From NCBI GenBank assembly GCA_018335015.1, contig JAGXKX010000003.1:1-62202 (forward strand): a stretch of 62,202 nt of DNA, read 5' to 3'. Shown here one piece after another: positions 29,476-38,089 of this stretch (position 1 is its first letter; the number at the start of each line of letters is the position of its first letter). The translations under genes were made by a program, and so were the position numbers. The DNA comes from Candidatus Bipolaricaulota bacterium (GTDB lineage Bacteria; Bipolaricaulota; Bipolaricaulia; M55B111). The notes under the pieces are model-generated. The model did not search any database. It was not told the origin of the DNA and worked only from the letters and a program-made list of their open reading frames with translations.

Positions 29476-29930
29476 AAAAATTAGAAGATCTTGAAGCGCC
29501 GGAAGGTAGCACGCAGGAGAAGACCCGCCGAGGCCGGGGCTACGGTTCCGGCAATGGAGGACACGAGTCCGGTCGAGGAACGAAGGGCCAAAACGCCAGG
29601 AGTGGAGGAAAACCCAAAGTGGGTTTTGAAGGTGGACAGACTCCTATCTGGCGAAGGTTTCCAAAAGTAGGTTTTTCCAATCCCAATAAAAAAGAATTTG
29701 AGTGGATAAACGTTTACCAGCTAAATCGTTACGATGATGGCGAGGTAGTCGATCCCGATAGGCTCAAGGACGAAGGACTCATTGGGGAGGTCAAGGACGG
29801 TTTAAAAATTCTTGGAGACGGAGAACTTGAAAAGAAATTAACCGTAAAGGCTCATAAGTTCAGTGCGGGCGCCAAGAAAAAGATCGAAGACGCCGGCGGT
29901 GAGTGTGAATTGGTGGGTGACAAAGAGTGA
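29472..29930 (+). CDS. rplO: 50S ribosomal protein L15
   Basis: RRGRGYGSGNG...GRGTKGQ.ARSG...GFEGGQTP; overlaps the rpsE stop, so there is no room for rpmD. Confidence 0.95.
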   Translation: MKKLEDLEAPEGSTQEKTRRGRGYGSGNGGHESGRGTKGQNARSGGKPKVGFEGGQTPIWRRFPKVGFSNPNKKEFEWINVYQLNRYDDGEVVDPDRLKDEGLIGEVKDGLKILGDGELEKKLTVKAHKFSAGAKKKIEDAGGECELVGDKE

Positions 29931-29936
29931 TAATTC

Positions 29937-31232
29937 GTGCTTAACCAGTTAGCCAGTATAGCAAAAATACCTGAGCTCAGGAAGAGAATTTTATTTACCT
30001 TGGGGGCAATAGCGATATTCCGGGCCGGAACGCATATTCCAATACCGGGTATAGCTACGGAAGCACTGCGAAACCTGTTTGAACAGGGCGGGGGCAACAT
30101 CCTCCAGTACCTCAACATGTTTACCGGAGGTGCCCTGGGTCGAGGAACCCTCTTTGGTCTGGGAATTACCCCTTACATTAACGCTTCAATTATTATGAGC
30201 CTTTTGACGGCAGTCGTTCCCAAGTTGAAGGAACTACAACAGCAAGGCCGGGAAGGAAAGAAAGTAATTACGAAGTACACAAGGTACGGCACTCTTGCGA
30301 TTGCTTTCATTCAATCGTACGGCTGGAGTTATTTCCTAGTGAGACAGGGTATGGTAGAAGGATCTATTACGCTGTTTTTCATCACGTCCGTTCTATCGAT
30401 GACTACGGGAACAGTCTTCCTTATGTGGCTCGGAGAAAGGATAACGGAAAACGGAATTGGAAACGGTATCTCCGTTTTAATTATGGCCGGGATTATGGCT
30501 CGGTTTCCGAGTCAGCTCTACAGCACGTGGGTTGAGGTAAACTTCGGTAACGTTAGCCCGATCTGGGGTCTCATTCTGATAGCTGTATTTATTGTGGTGA
30601 TTGCGGGAGTAGTTATAGTCCAGCAGGGTAGAAGGAAAATAAGGATTCAATACGCGAAAAGAACTGCTGGCAGGAAGGTCTACGGCGGCCATACCAGCCA
30701 TTTACCGATAAAGGTAAATCAAGGGGGAGTAATCCCGATCATATTCGCCTCCGTGCTTCTTTCCTTGCCCATGACCCTTGCTCAATGGGCCCCGGGACTA
30801 TCGTGGATGACTCGTTGGGTTCAGCGAGGAAGTATTCCCTATCTGATTGCTTACGTGCTGTTGATAGTGTTCTTTACCTATTTTTACAGCGCGATCATAT
30901 TTGACCCGAACGACGTTGCGAAGAACCTCAAGGAATCTGGAGGTTTTATACCGGGAGTTAGACCGGGTCAGTCGACGGTTGAGTACATCCAATCCATACT
31001 TAATCGGTTGCTGCTGGTTGGGGCCCTGTTTCTTGGTGCGATTGCCGTGTTGCCCTACGTGTTTACTGCAATAAGCGGACTGACTTCCTTCTGGCTTGGA
31101 GGTACGTCGGTTCTGATCGTGGTTGGAGTGGGTCTTGATGTCTTGATGCAGATAGAATCGCACATGGTAATGAGGCATTACGACAGCCTGACGGAAGCAG
31201 GTGGGTCCGCCATCCTGGGGAGGAGAGGTTAA
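29937..31232 (+). CDS. secY: preprotein translocase subunit SecY
   Basis: Ten-TM protein with LGITPYINASIIM, WLGERITE.GIGNGIS and GGFIPG.RPG blocks; GTG start. Confidence 0.96.
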   Translation: MLNQLASIAKIPELRKRILFTLGAIAIFRAGTHIPIPGIATEALRNLFEQGGGNILQYLNMFTGGALGRGTLFGLGITPYINASIIMSLLTAVVPKLKELQQQGREGKKVITKYTRYGTLAIAFIQSYGWSYFLVRQGMVEGSITLFFITSVLSMTTGTVFLMWLGERITENGIGNGISVLIMAGIMARFPSQLYSTWVEVNFGNVSPIWGLILIAVFIVVIAGVVIVQQGRRKIRIQYAKRTAGRKVYGGHTSHLPIKVNQGGVIPIIFASVLLSLPMTLAQWAPGLSWMTRWVQRGSIPYLIAYVLLIVFFTYFYSAIIFDPNDVAKNLKESGGFIPGVRPGQSTVEYIQSILNRLLLVGALFLGAIAVLPYVFTAISGLTSFWLGGTSVLIVVGVGLDVLMQIESHMVMRHYDSLTEAGGSAILGRRG

Positions 31233-31233
31233 A

Positions 31234-31890
31234 ATGGTAGCTGCCTCAGACTATCAGGAGCCTAACGTAGTCCTCCTAGGAGGGCCGGGTGCTGGAAAAG
31301 GAACCCAGGCGGAAAAACTTCTCGAGGATAGGGATATGCAGCACCTCGCGACCGGAGATATACTGAGGGATGAGGTTGATAAAGGTACGGAATTGGGTCT
31401 TGAGGCGAAAAAATACATGGATAAAGGTGAATTGGTTCCCGACGATCTTGTAGTGGACATGGTGCAAAAGCGCTTAACAGACCAAAAAGGGTATCTTTTT
31501 GACGGATTTCCGAGAACGATAGACCAGGCAAAAGCTCTCGATGATGTAGTGGATTTGGACCTGGTTGCCTATATAAAGATCAGCGAGTCGGAAGCCGTTA
31601 GGAGGTTATCTTCGAGGAGAGTCTGTAGCGATTGTGGCAAAATATTTAATACTATATTCAAACCCCCGGAGAGAGAGGGAGTATGCGATGAATGTGGCGG
31701 AGATCTGTATCAGAGAGATGACGACAAGCCGAAAGTTATCCGGGATAGGTTTGAGACCTTCCTTGATGAAACGGCCCCTTTGATCGACTTTTATCGGGAG
31801 CGGGGACTGCTTGAAGAAATTGACGGAGAGCAGGAACCGGACGAGGTTCAGAAAGATATTAAGAGCGCCCTCCATCAGGGTACTGGTTGA
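31234..31890 (+). CDS. adk: adenylate kinase (Cys4 zinc lid)
   Basis: GGPGAGKGTQ, GFPRT, and lid CSDCGK...CDECGG. ATG 31234 lies right after the secY stop. Confidence 0.95.
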   Translation: MVAASDYQEPNVVLLGGPGAGKGTQAEKLLEDRDMQHLATGDILRDEVDKGTELGLEAKKYMDKGELVPDDLVVDMVQKRLTDQKGYLFDGFPRTIDQAKALDDVVDLDLVAYIKISESEAVRRLSSRRVCSDCGKIFNTIFKPPEREGVCDECGGDLYQRDDDKPKVIRDRFETFLDETAPLIDFYRERGLLEEIDGEQEPDEVQKDIKSALHQGTG

Positions 31891-32642
31891 TGATTAAGAT
31901 AAAATCCAGTTCGGAACTTGAAATTATGAGAGAAAACGCTAGTATTTTGAGGAAAATTCTTGACAAACTAGTATCCGGAATAGAACCTGGTGTAACCACC
32001 CAGGAACTGGATAGCTACGCGGAAGACCTAATTCACGACGCGGATGGAACACCTGCATTTAAAAACTACCGTGGCTTTCCCAGCTCCTTGTGCACGTCGT
32101 TAAACGAAGAGATAGTTCACGGAATCCCGAGTAGCAGGAAGCTAGAGTCGGGTGACTTGCTTTCTCTGGATATCGGGATTGAGAAAAGCGGTCTATTTGC
32201 CGATTTTGCGACCACGGTCCCCGTAGGCGAGGTAACTGAAAAGGCTATGGGATTAATGTCGGTTACGGATAAGGCACTTACCAAAGGGATAGATAAGGTG
32301 GGCGTGGGGAATCGGGTTGGCGATATTTCGCATGCTATCGGGTCCTTTGTTGAAGAAGAGGGATATCATGTGGTAAAGGAATTTGTCGGGCACGGTATTG
32401 GTAGGGATATGCACGAGGATCCACAAATTCCGAACTACGGAGAACCGGATACGGGAAAGAGAATCGAGGAAGGGATGGTTTTCTGTATAGAACCGATGGT
32501 TAAGTTCGATGATAAGAAGGTGGAAGTTTTAGATGATGGCTGGACCACGGTAACGGCGAGCCGTGATCTATCTGCTCACTTCGAAGGTATGGTTGCAGCT
32601 ACAAAGGACGGACCAGAAGTTTTAGTCAGGGGTGGTTTATAA
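31887..32642 (+). CDS. map: type I methionine aminopeptidase
   Basis: Metal ligands in DIG...D, GHGIG, and EPM...E context. Confidence 0.94.
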   Translation: MMIKIKSSSELEIMRENASILRKILDKLVSGIEPGVTTQELDSYAEDLIHDADGTPAFKNYRGFPSSLCTSLNEEIVHGIPSSRKLESGDLLSLDIGIEKSGLFADFATTVPVGEVTEKAMGLMSVTDKALTKGIDKVGVGNRVGDISHAIGSFVEEEGYHVVKEFVGHGIGRDMHEDPQIPNYGEPDTGKRIEEGMVFCIEPMVKFDDKKVEVLDDGWTTVTASRDLSAHFEGMVAATKDGPEVLVRGGL

Positions 32643-32647
32643 AATTC

Positions 32648-32875
32648 ATGGCTGAAAAAGAAGATGACGACATTATAAGAAAGCGGGGAGAAATCGTCGA
32701 AGCTCTGCCCGATTCGATGTTTAAGGTCGAACTTGACAATGGACACGAAGCTATCTGCCATATATCAGGAAAGATAAGGAAGCATTTCATTAGGATAGTT
32801 CCTGGAGACAGGGTTCTTGTGGAGTTTTCACCCCATGACTTGAGCAAAGGAAGAATAGTATACCGAGAGTCCTGA
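32648..32875 (+). CDS. infA: translation initiation factor IF-1
   Basis: [46 protein letters not shown]. Confidence 0.96.
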   Translation: MAEKEDDDIIRKRGEIVEALPDSMFKVELDNGHEAICHISGKIRKHFIRIVPGDRVLVEFSPHDLSKGRIVYRES

Positions 32876-32890
32876 TCGAGGGGGGTTAAT

Positions 32891-33004
32891 ATGAAAGTCA
32901 GAAGTTCGGTAAGAAAGATATGTGACGATTGTAAAATTATTAAGCGGAACGGAAGAGTCGAAGTTATCTGTAAGAATCCGAAGCACAGACAACGTCAAGG
33001 TTAA
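32891..33004 (+). CDS. rpmJ: 50S ribosomal protein L36 (zinc form)
   Basis: Not in the ORF track (37 aa). My translation is [37 protein letters not shown]; expected position between infA and rpsM; GGGGG RBS upstream. Confidence 0.93.
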   Translation: MKVRSSVRKICDDCKIIKRNGRVEVICKNPKHRQRQG

Positions 33005-33021
33005 GAGATAGGTGATAAAGG

Positions 33022-33381
33022 ATGCCTAGGTTAGCAGGTGTAGATATTCCGGAAGACAAAAAAGTTAAGATATCCCTTACCTATATAAAGGGTATAGGGA
33101 GTCATCGGGCCAGAAAAGTAGCCGAGACTTCGGGAGTAGACCCCGACGAATTCGTTTACGACCTTACTGAAGCTGACGTAGCTAAACTCAGAAACGCGAT
33201 CGATGAATATCGCGTGGAAGGTGACCTGGAGCGAAAAGTTGAGGCGGATATCCAGCGACTGAAGGACATCGGTTGTTACCGGGGTGAAAGACATAAAGAA
33301 GGTTTGCCGGTCCGGGGACAGACGACACAATCAAACGCAAGAACTTGGAAGGGTCCGCGAGAATCTAAAGCGGGCAAGTAG
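33022..33381 (+). CDS. rpsM: 30S ribosomal protein S13
   Basis: MPRLAGVDIP....V.ISLTYI.GIG and CYRG.RH..GLPVRGQ.T. Confidence 0.96.
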   Translation: MPRLAGVDIPEDKKVKISLTYIKGIGSHRARKVAETSGVDPDEFVYDLTEADVAKLRNAIDEYRVEGDLERKVEADIQRLKDIGCYRGERHKEGLPVRGQTTQSNARTWKGPRESKAGK

Positions 33382-33411
33382 ACTTCGGATATGAAACAGG
33401 GAGAGATTTAA

Positions 33412-33747
33412 TTGGCACGAAAACAAGTAAAACTGAATAAAGCGAGAGTCCACGTTAATGCTTCGTTTAACAATACGATATTGACGTTGACTGATACGGA
33501 TGGGGATGTAATATCCTGGGTTACGCCTGGTGCCGTGGGCTTCAAGGGTTCGCGAAAAGGTACTCCTTACGCCGCGCAGGTCGCTGCGGAGAACTTAGTT
33601 GAAGAATTACGCGATTACGGGGTTAAATCAGTTATCGTAACCGTTAAAGGTACTGGATCCGGCAGAAACTCGGTGATTCAGACGATCGAGGGAGCCGGGA
33701 TCGAGGTAACCAAGGTGGCAAACATAACCCCCAGGGCACATAGTTGA
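33412..33747 (+). CDS. rpsK: 30S ribosomal protein S11 (C-terminally short)
   Basis: VHVNASFNNTILTLTD..G..ISW...G..GFKGSRKGTPYAAQ. TTG start. It ends ...ITPRAHS* without the usual NGCRPPKRRR tail. Confidence 0.9.
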   Translation: MARKQVKLNKARVHVNASFNNTILTLTDTDGDVISWVTPGAVGFKGSRKGTPYAAQVAAENLVEELRDYGVKSVIVTVKGTGSGRNSVIQTIEGAGIEVTKVANITPRAHS

Positions 33748-33762
33748 CAGGAGGATATTTAT

Positions 33763-34386
33763 ATGGGAAGAGATACCGGAGCAAAATGTAAGAAATGTAG
33801 ACGTGAAGGTACGAAGTTATTTTTGAAAGGGGATAAGTGTTATACGGATAAATGTCCCGTGACGAGAAAATCGTATCCCCCTGGTGAAGCCGGGGAGAGT
33901 AGATCAAGGTGGTCTCAATATAGAATCAGGTTGCGGGAAAAACAGAAAGCCCGACGTATATATGGGGTTAGAGAAGAGAAGTTCCGAAATTACTTCGAGC
34001 AGTCCGACGCGAGCAAAGAGACTACAGGTGAAGCCCTCCTGAAGACGCTGGAAAGACGGCTTGACAACGTTCTTTACAGGAGTGGGTTGGCCGAGTCGCG
34101 CGATCAGGCGCGTCAGTTGATAAATCACGGTCACATCGAAGTAAACGGCCGATCGGTCGACATTCCTTCCTATATGACGGAGGAGGGAGACGTAGTTGCT
34201 TTTAAGGATTCTTCCAGGAGTAAAGACGGTTTAAGAAGTTTGGTAGACGCGGATAACCCGAGGATTCCATCCTGGATAGACGTCGAGACTGATAACATGA
34301 GAGCTTCTGTTTTATCTGAACCCGCTATTGAGGACGTTGAGGAGTCACTTCAAGTCAACAGAATTGTAGAGTTTTACTCTCGATAG
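33763..34386 (+). CDS. rpsD: 30S ribosomal protein S4 (Cys4 N-terminus)
   Basis: CKKCRREGTKLFLKGDKCYTDKCP; S4 RNA-binding domain RLDNVLYRSGLA.SR.QARQLI.HGH..VNG. Confidence 0.96.
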   Translation: MGRDTGAKCKKCRREGTKLFLKGDKCYTDKCPVTRKSYPPGEAGESRSRWSQYRIRLREKQKARRIYGVREEKFRNYFEQSDASKETTGEALLKTLERRLDNVLYRSGLAESRDQARQLINHGHIEVNGRSVDIPSYMTEEGDVVAFKDSSRSKDGLRSLVDADNPRIPSWIDVETDNMRASVLSEPAIEDVEESLQVNRIVEFYSR

Positions 34387-34411
34387 AGCATTAATATATA
34401 GCGGAGGGCAA

Positions 34412-35368
34412 ATGTTAGAATATATTGAGCCAGAAGACGTTCATTTTGAAGAATTAGACAATACACATGGCCGCCTTGTGGTCGGGCCCCTGGAACGAGG
34501 TATGGGTACTACCCTGGGTAACTCACTGCGCAGGGTTTTGATGTCGATGATACCGGGAGCAGCCGTGACCAGGGTCCGGTTCGACGGAAAGTATCACGAG
34601 TACGATACCATAGAGGGAGTCAGGGAAGACATAATTGAGATAATCATGAATGTCAAGGAGATCTCGCTCAGGCTCGACAGAGCGGAAGGAAGAAAGATGT
34701 ACCTGGAGGCCTCAGGGTCGGGGGAGGTCGTTACGGATGATTTGCAGGTCGAGTCCGGAATAGAAGTTATAAATCCGGATCACGTACTGGCTCACCTATC
34801 CGACGGAGCTGAGATAAACATGGAGATGGACGTAGAAGCCGGTATGGGGTACCGTTCCGCCGACGAAAACAAGATAGAGGACTCTCCTCTTTCCGTTATA
34901 CCTATTGACTCGAACTTTTCCCCGGTTCAGAAGGTTGATTTTGACGTCGAAAACGTAAGGGCCGGAGGTAAAGAAGGCTGTGATAGGTTGGAACTCGAAC
35001 TGGAGACCGATGGAGGTATAAGACCCGAGGAAGCGGTAGGTCGAGCCTCCCGGATACTTGCCCGAAGGTTTGAACTATTCTCCAACTTGCCCGAACATCC
35101 GTTTGGAGAGCTGGGGACTCTACAGGAAGTCGAGGAAGAAGTACCGGAAGAATTTGAGGAAAGACTTGAGGATCTTGGATTTAACCAGCGTGCCTGTAAC
35201 TTGCTTCAGGAGAAGGGTGTAGAGACTCTAGAGGACTTACTGGGTCAGACCTCCGATAAGCTACTCGATATCCATGGATTTGGAAGTAAAACGCTTCAAA
35301 AGGTCGAAGACAAGCTTGAGGAACTGGGCTATTCGTTAGCCGATCAGGAGGAAGACAATGGATCATAA
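34412..35368 (+). CDS. rpoA: DNA-directed RNA polymerase subunit alpha
   Basis: GPLERGMGTTLGNSLRRVL.S..PGAAVT, and C-terminal domain with L.LS.R..N.L-type HhH (FNQRACNLLQEKGVETLEDL). Confidence 0.95.
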   Translation: MLEYIEPEDVHFEELDNTHGRLVVGPLERGMGTTLGNSLRRVLMSMIPGAAVTRVRFDGKYHEYDTIEGVREDIIEIIMNVKEISLRLDRAEGRKMYLEASGSGEVVTDDLQVESGIEVINPDHVLAHLSDGAEINMEMDVEAGMGYRSADENKIEDSPLSVIPIDSNFSPVQKVDFDVENVRAGGKEGCDRLELELETDGGIRPEEAVGRASRILARRFELFSNLPEHPFGELGTLQEVEEEVPEEFEERLEDLGFNQRACNLLQEKGVETLEDLLGQTSDKLLDIHGFGSKTLQKVEDKLEELGYSLADQEEDNGS

Positions 35369-35714
35369 AACGAAAGGATGGAATCTTGCGAAATCCAGCC
35401 ATCAGAAACAGATTGTAGCTAACCTGGTGAAAGGTCTGATTAAGAACGGTAAAGTCGATACCACGGTAGCGAAAGCCAAAGAGGCAAGTCGATTTGCCGA
35501 TAGGATGGTTACTCTCGCCAAGAAGGGAGACGAATCCGCCAGGAGAAGGTCTTTTAGCTTCTTGAACGATAAAGAGGCAGTAACGACTTTGTTCGAGAAT
35601 TTGGGGGAGCGATACGAAGATAGACAGGGTGGTTACACCAGGGTTCTCCGCCTCCCTCCCAGGAAAGGCGATGGAGCCGAGATGGCTCGACTCACTTTTG
35701 TGGAAAATCAGTAA
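35358..35714 (+). CDS. rplQ: 50S ribosomal protein L17
   Basis: T.AKAKE.SRFADRMVTLAK and GGYTRVLRL.PRKGDGAEMA.L. Confidence 0.94.
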   Translation: MDHKTKGWNLAKSSHQKQIVANLVKGLIKNGKVDTTVAKAKEASRFADRMVTLAKKGDESARRRSFSFLNDKEAVTTLFENLGERYEDRQGGYTRVLRLPPRKGDGAEMARLTFVENQ

Positions 35715-35777
35715 TTTTACTTTCAAACGGGGAGGGTAATAGTACAGTAAATCCCTCCCTTATGAATTTACTAATCT

Positions 35778-35940
35778 TTTACTCAAATCTTTTCCATCGT
35801 ACGAAAGTGAAACTTAATCTATGAATACCGTCTTCGCTTTTTACGAGGTGCTCTTTGCCCATTACCTGGCTGCCGGATTTCCGCTACTGTTGAGTTTTAA
35901 AGGTTAAATCAGTTGCCAGGTAAGGGGCAAAGAGCAGTTT
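35778..35940 (+). repeat. structured intergenic repeat, copy A (22-bp stem, 44-nt loop)
   Basis: Arms 35849-35870 (tgctctttgcccattacctggc) and 35915-35936 pair with one mismatch. Left flank 35781-35820 is ~75% identical to 43872-43911. Confidence 0.8.
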
Positions 35941-35975
35941 CTTCCTAAGATAACTGGATTAGAGTTTTTCGGTCA

Positions 35976-36518
35976 TTAAAGGCCGAGCTCGCCCTGGATG
36001 TTTTGCATTCCTTTCAGAACTACCCCAAAGAACTCTTCGAGTTCAAATCCCAGGCCCTCACAGCTTGCTATAGCTTCCCTGTCCACCGATTTTGCAAAAC
36101 TACTTTCATCGTACCGGTTTCTGATGAACTCGGGATCCATCTTACTCAGCCCTTCCGGGTGAACTAGAGCGCCGGCCACAATTAGACCTGTCAGCGGGTC
36201 CGTAGCGTATATGGACTTCTCCATCTTGGTCTCCGGCGTCTTCTGACCCGCATGAGCCTTAATCGCGTTTAATTGCTCTTCGGTTAAATCCTTGTTTTCC
36301 AACCTGTCTACGGTTAAAAGACCGTGACGATCTGGATCTTCTTCTGTTTCCTCGTAATCTAGATCGTGCAGCAAACCAGCAACCCCCCACTCGTCTTCGT
36401 CCTTGTCAAAATAACGAGCGAGTTCTCTCATTCCGGCTTCTACCGCTTTCATATGCTTGATTAAGTTTTCTTCAGATATACTTTTCTCAATAAGATTCAG
36501 TGCTTCCTTTCTTTTCAA
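35976..36518 (-). CDS. HD-domain phosphohydrolase
   Basis: H...HD signature (KHMKAV...AGLLHDLDYEE); ~180 aa, matching the small HDIG/HD-family size. Confidence 0.75.
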   Translation of the reverse strand: MKRKEALNLIEKSISEENLIKHMKAVEAGMRELARYFDKDEDEWGVAGLLHDLDYEETEEDPDRHGLLTVDRLENKDLTEEQLNAIKAHAGQKTPETKMEKSIYATDPLTGLIVAGALVHPEGLSKMDPEFIRNRYDESSFAKSVDREAIASCEGLGFELEEFFGVVLKGMQNIQGELGL

Positions 36519-36538
36519 GTGAGATCACCTGATTGGTT

Positions 36539-37417
36539 CTATTTATTTGCTTCCGATCCCCACATTAAGTCGACTACCCGTAAGCTGGAGAGTGAGGCAA
36601 GGAACCCCAGTACCAGCCCCAGGAGTAGGGACCAGGCCGTGATTAACAGGAGGGAGGCATTAGTGGGCAGGCCCGGAAGTCCCTGAATTAACGGTATTCC
36701 TCTGTCCGCTAAAAAGGATAGTACAAACAATAACACTACGCTCAGCCCGGAACCGATGAGTCCAAATAGTGTACCAAGTAGAGCAAGAGGTAGTTTTACC
36801 GAAAATTTGGACAGACCGGAATATTTAATTATCTGAAGTTCTCCTTCCCAACCCTTCAGGATATCTTCCGTCCCGGATCTGAGGAGGTAGAAGGCCAATC
36901 CTGCAAACGTTACTCCTATTACCAGGATCAGGATCTTTAGCCATAGGGGTAACTGCTGCGAACCCCGACTCTGTATCTGGCCGGAGATAGTGGTAATCAT
37001 CTTTATTTCCGGCTGGGTCTTAAGTTCCTGGCGAAGTTCTTCTCTATTATCTGTCTTTATAAGGAAGAAGTCAGAATTTTCGGACATTTCGGGCGGAACA
37101 TTGAGAACACCCTGTTTGACTTCTTCAGACAGGACAAGAATGAGGTTGTCTACTGAATTTAGCTGCCTGAGGGAAAGGTAGATTTCGTCCGTCCTGCTGG
37201 CTGAAAGTCCCGGTTCGATCTGGGCCAGAGTTTTGTGCCCCCCCGGAAACTTTTCAAGACCGGAAGATACCTGTAAAGGCTGGTTTTTTGGTAGCAGGAG
37301 GGCGTAAATTAAAACAATGAATGCAAATATGCTCAGTATCGCACCGGCAACCTTCGCCGATTTATTTCCATCAAGCAAGCTTCCGAACTCTTTCATGAAG
37401 TAGAAGCTTTTAGTCAT
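36539..37417 (-). CDS. ftsX: cell-division ABC transporter permease FtsX
   Basis: TM1, a ~120-aa extracytoplasmic domain, then three C-terminal TMs; 292 aa. It follows the FtsE-like gene with a 6-nt gap. Confidence 0.8.
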   Translation of the reverse strand: MTKSFYFMKEFGSLLDGNKSAKVAGAILSIFAFIVLIYALLLPKNQPLQVSSGLEKFPGGHKTLAQIEPGLSASRTDEIYLSLRQLNSVDNLILVLSEEVKQGVLNVPPEMSENSDFFLIKTDNREELRQELKTQPEIKMITTISGQIQSRGSQQLPLWLKILILVIGVTFAGLAFYLLRSGTEDILKGWEGELQIIKYSGLSKFSVKLPLALLGTLFGLIGSGLSVVLLFVLSFLADRGIPLIQGLPGLPTNASLLLITAWSLLLGLVLGFLASLSSLRVVDLMWGSEANK

Positions 37418-37423
37418 TTTCTC

Positions 37424-38089
37424 CTAATTGACTACTCTGCTGTCCAGATTGCTCTCGATTACGTTAACTCCATCGAAGTTATCGTTTATCACGTCTGTCA
37501 ATAACAAAGCGCTCAGATTATGTTGCTCGTTTATCCTGGTTAGCAGTTTTATAACTTCTTCTATTTCCTTTGAGTTTAAACCGGGAAAGGGCTTATGACA
37601 AACTAACAGATCGGGCCTGGTTGCGATGGATATAGCCAGGGCAGTTTTTAGCTGGTCTACTCCGCTCGTTTCTCGTGGTAGTTGTTCCGCATTGGGTTTT
37701 AGGTCGGTTAGCTCCAGGACCTCGTTTAACCTTTCCGGGATGTCGGGCCCTGCTCCCGTGATTTTAAACTTGAATTCGAGCGATTCGGAAACCGTTTTAT
37801 TCTCCGGGAGCACAAAATTACGGGGGAGAAAACTTACTTCGTCTCGCAGCATTTTCTTCCTGGCTTTTTGGCTCAATCTGACGATATTTCTGTCCCCAAG
37901 TACAACCTGTCCCGAATTAGGAGATAGATTGCCCGCCAACACGTCGAAAAGCGTTTCATATTGAATTTCGGAAAGAGTTGGGAGTTGAGCTATCTCGCCG
38001 CGTTCCACGGTGAAACTAAGGTTTTCAAGCAATACCTCGTCTTCTTCTCCATAAACGGACAGTTCGGCTATTTGGACTATCTTAGCCAT
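37424..38089 (-). CDS. ftsE: FtsE-like ABC ATPase paralogue with all catalytic motifs degenerate
   Basis: Collinear with FtsE, but Walker A is PTLSEIQYE, the signature is TSGVDQLK, Walker B is LLVCHKP, and the H-loop is LTDV. Confidence 0.75.
   Translation of the reverse strand: MAKIVQIAELSVYGEEDEVLLENLSFTVERGEIAQLPTLSEIQYETLFDVLAGNLSPNSGQVVLGDRNIVRLSQKARKKMLRDEVSFLPRNFVLPENKTVSESLEFKFKITGAGPDIPERLNEVLELTDLKPNAEQLPRETSGVDQLKTALAISIATRPDLLVCHKPFPGLNSKEIEEVIKLLTRINEQHNLSALLLTDVINDNFDGVNVIESNLDSRVVN

Noticed and set aside
35181-35726. 181-aa minus-strand ORF spanning the rpoA 3' end and all of rplQ.
   Set aside because: It is antisense to two conserved ribosomal-operon genes and has no recognisable domain.
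35821-35907. 28-codon hydrophobic ORF (MNTVFAFYEVLFAHYLAAGFPLLLSFKG) inside repeat copy A. The reverse strand of copy B encodes a similar C-terminal peptide (...YLVAGFGLLVSFKG).
   Set aside because: The copy B version has no start codon in frame. The peptide similarity simply mirrors nucleotide identity of the flipped loop. The differences between copies are non-synonymous, at codon positions 1 and 2. There is no RBS.
35715-35975. Possibility that the long hairpins are simply bidirectional rho-independent terminators, or hidden tRNA or other RNA genes.
   Set aside because: There is no U-tract after either arm on either strand in copy B, and only a weak gtttctt in copy A. There is no tRNA T-loop (GGTTCGAAT-like) or cloverleaf. 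I keep them as an unexplained structured repeat instead.
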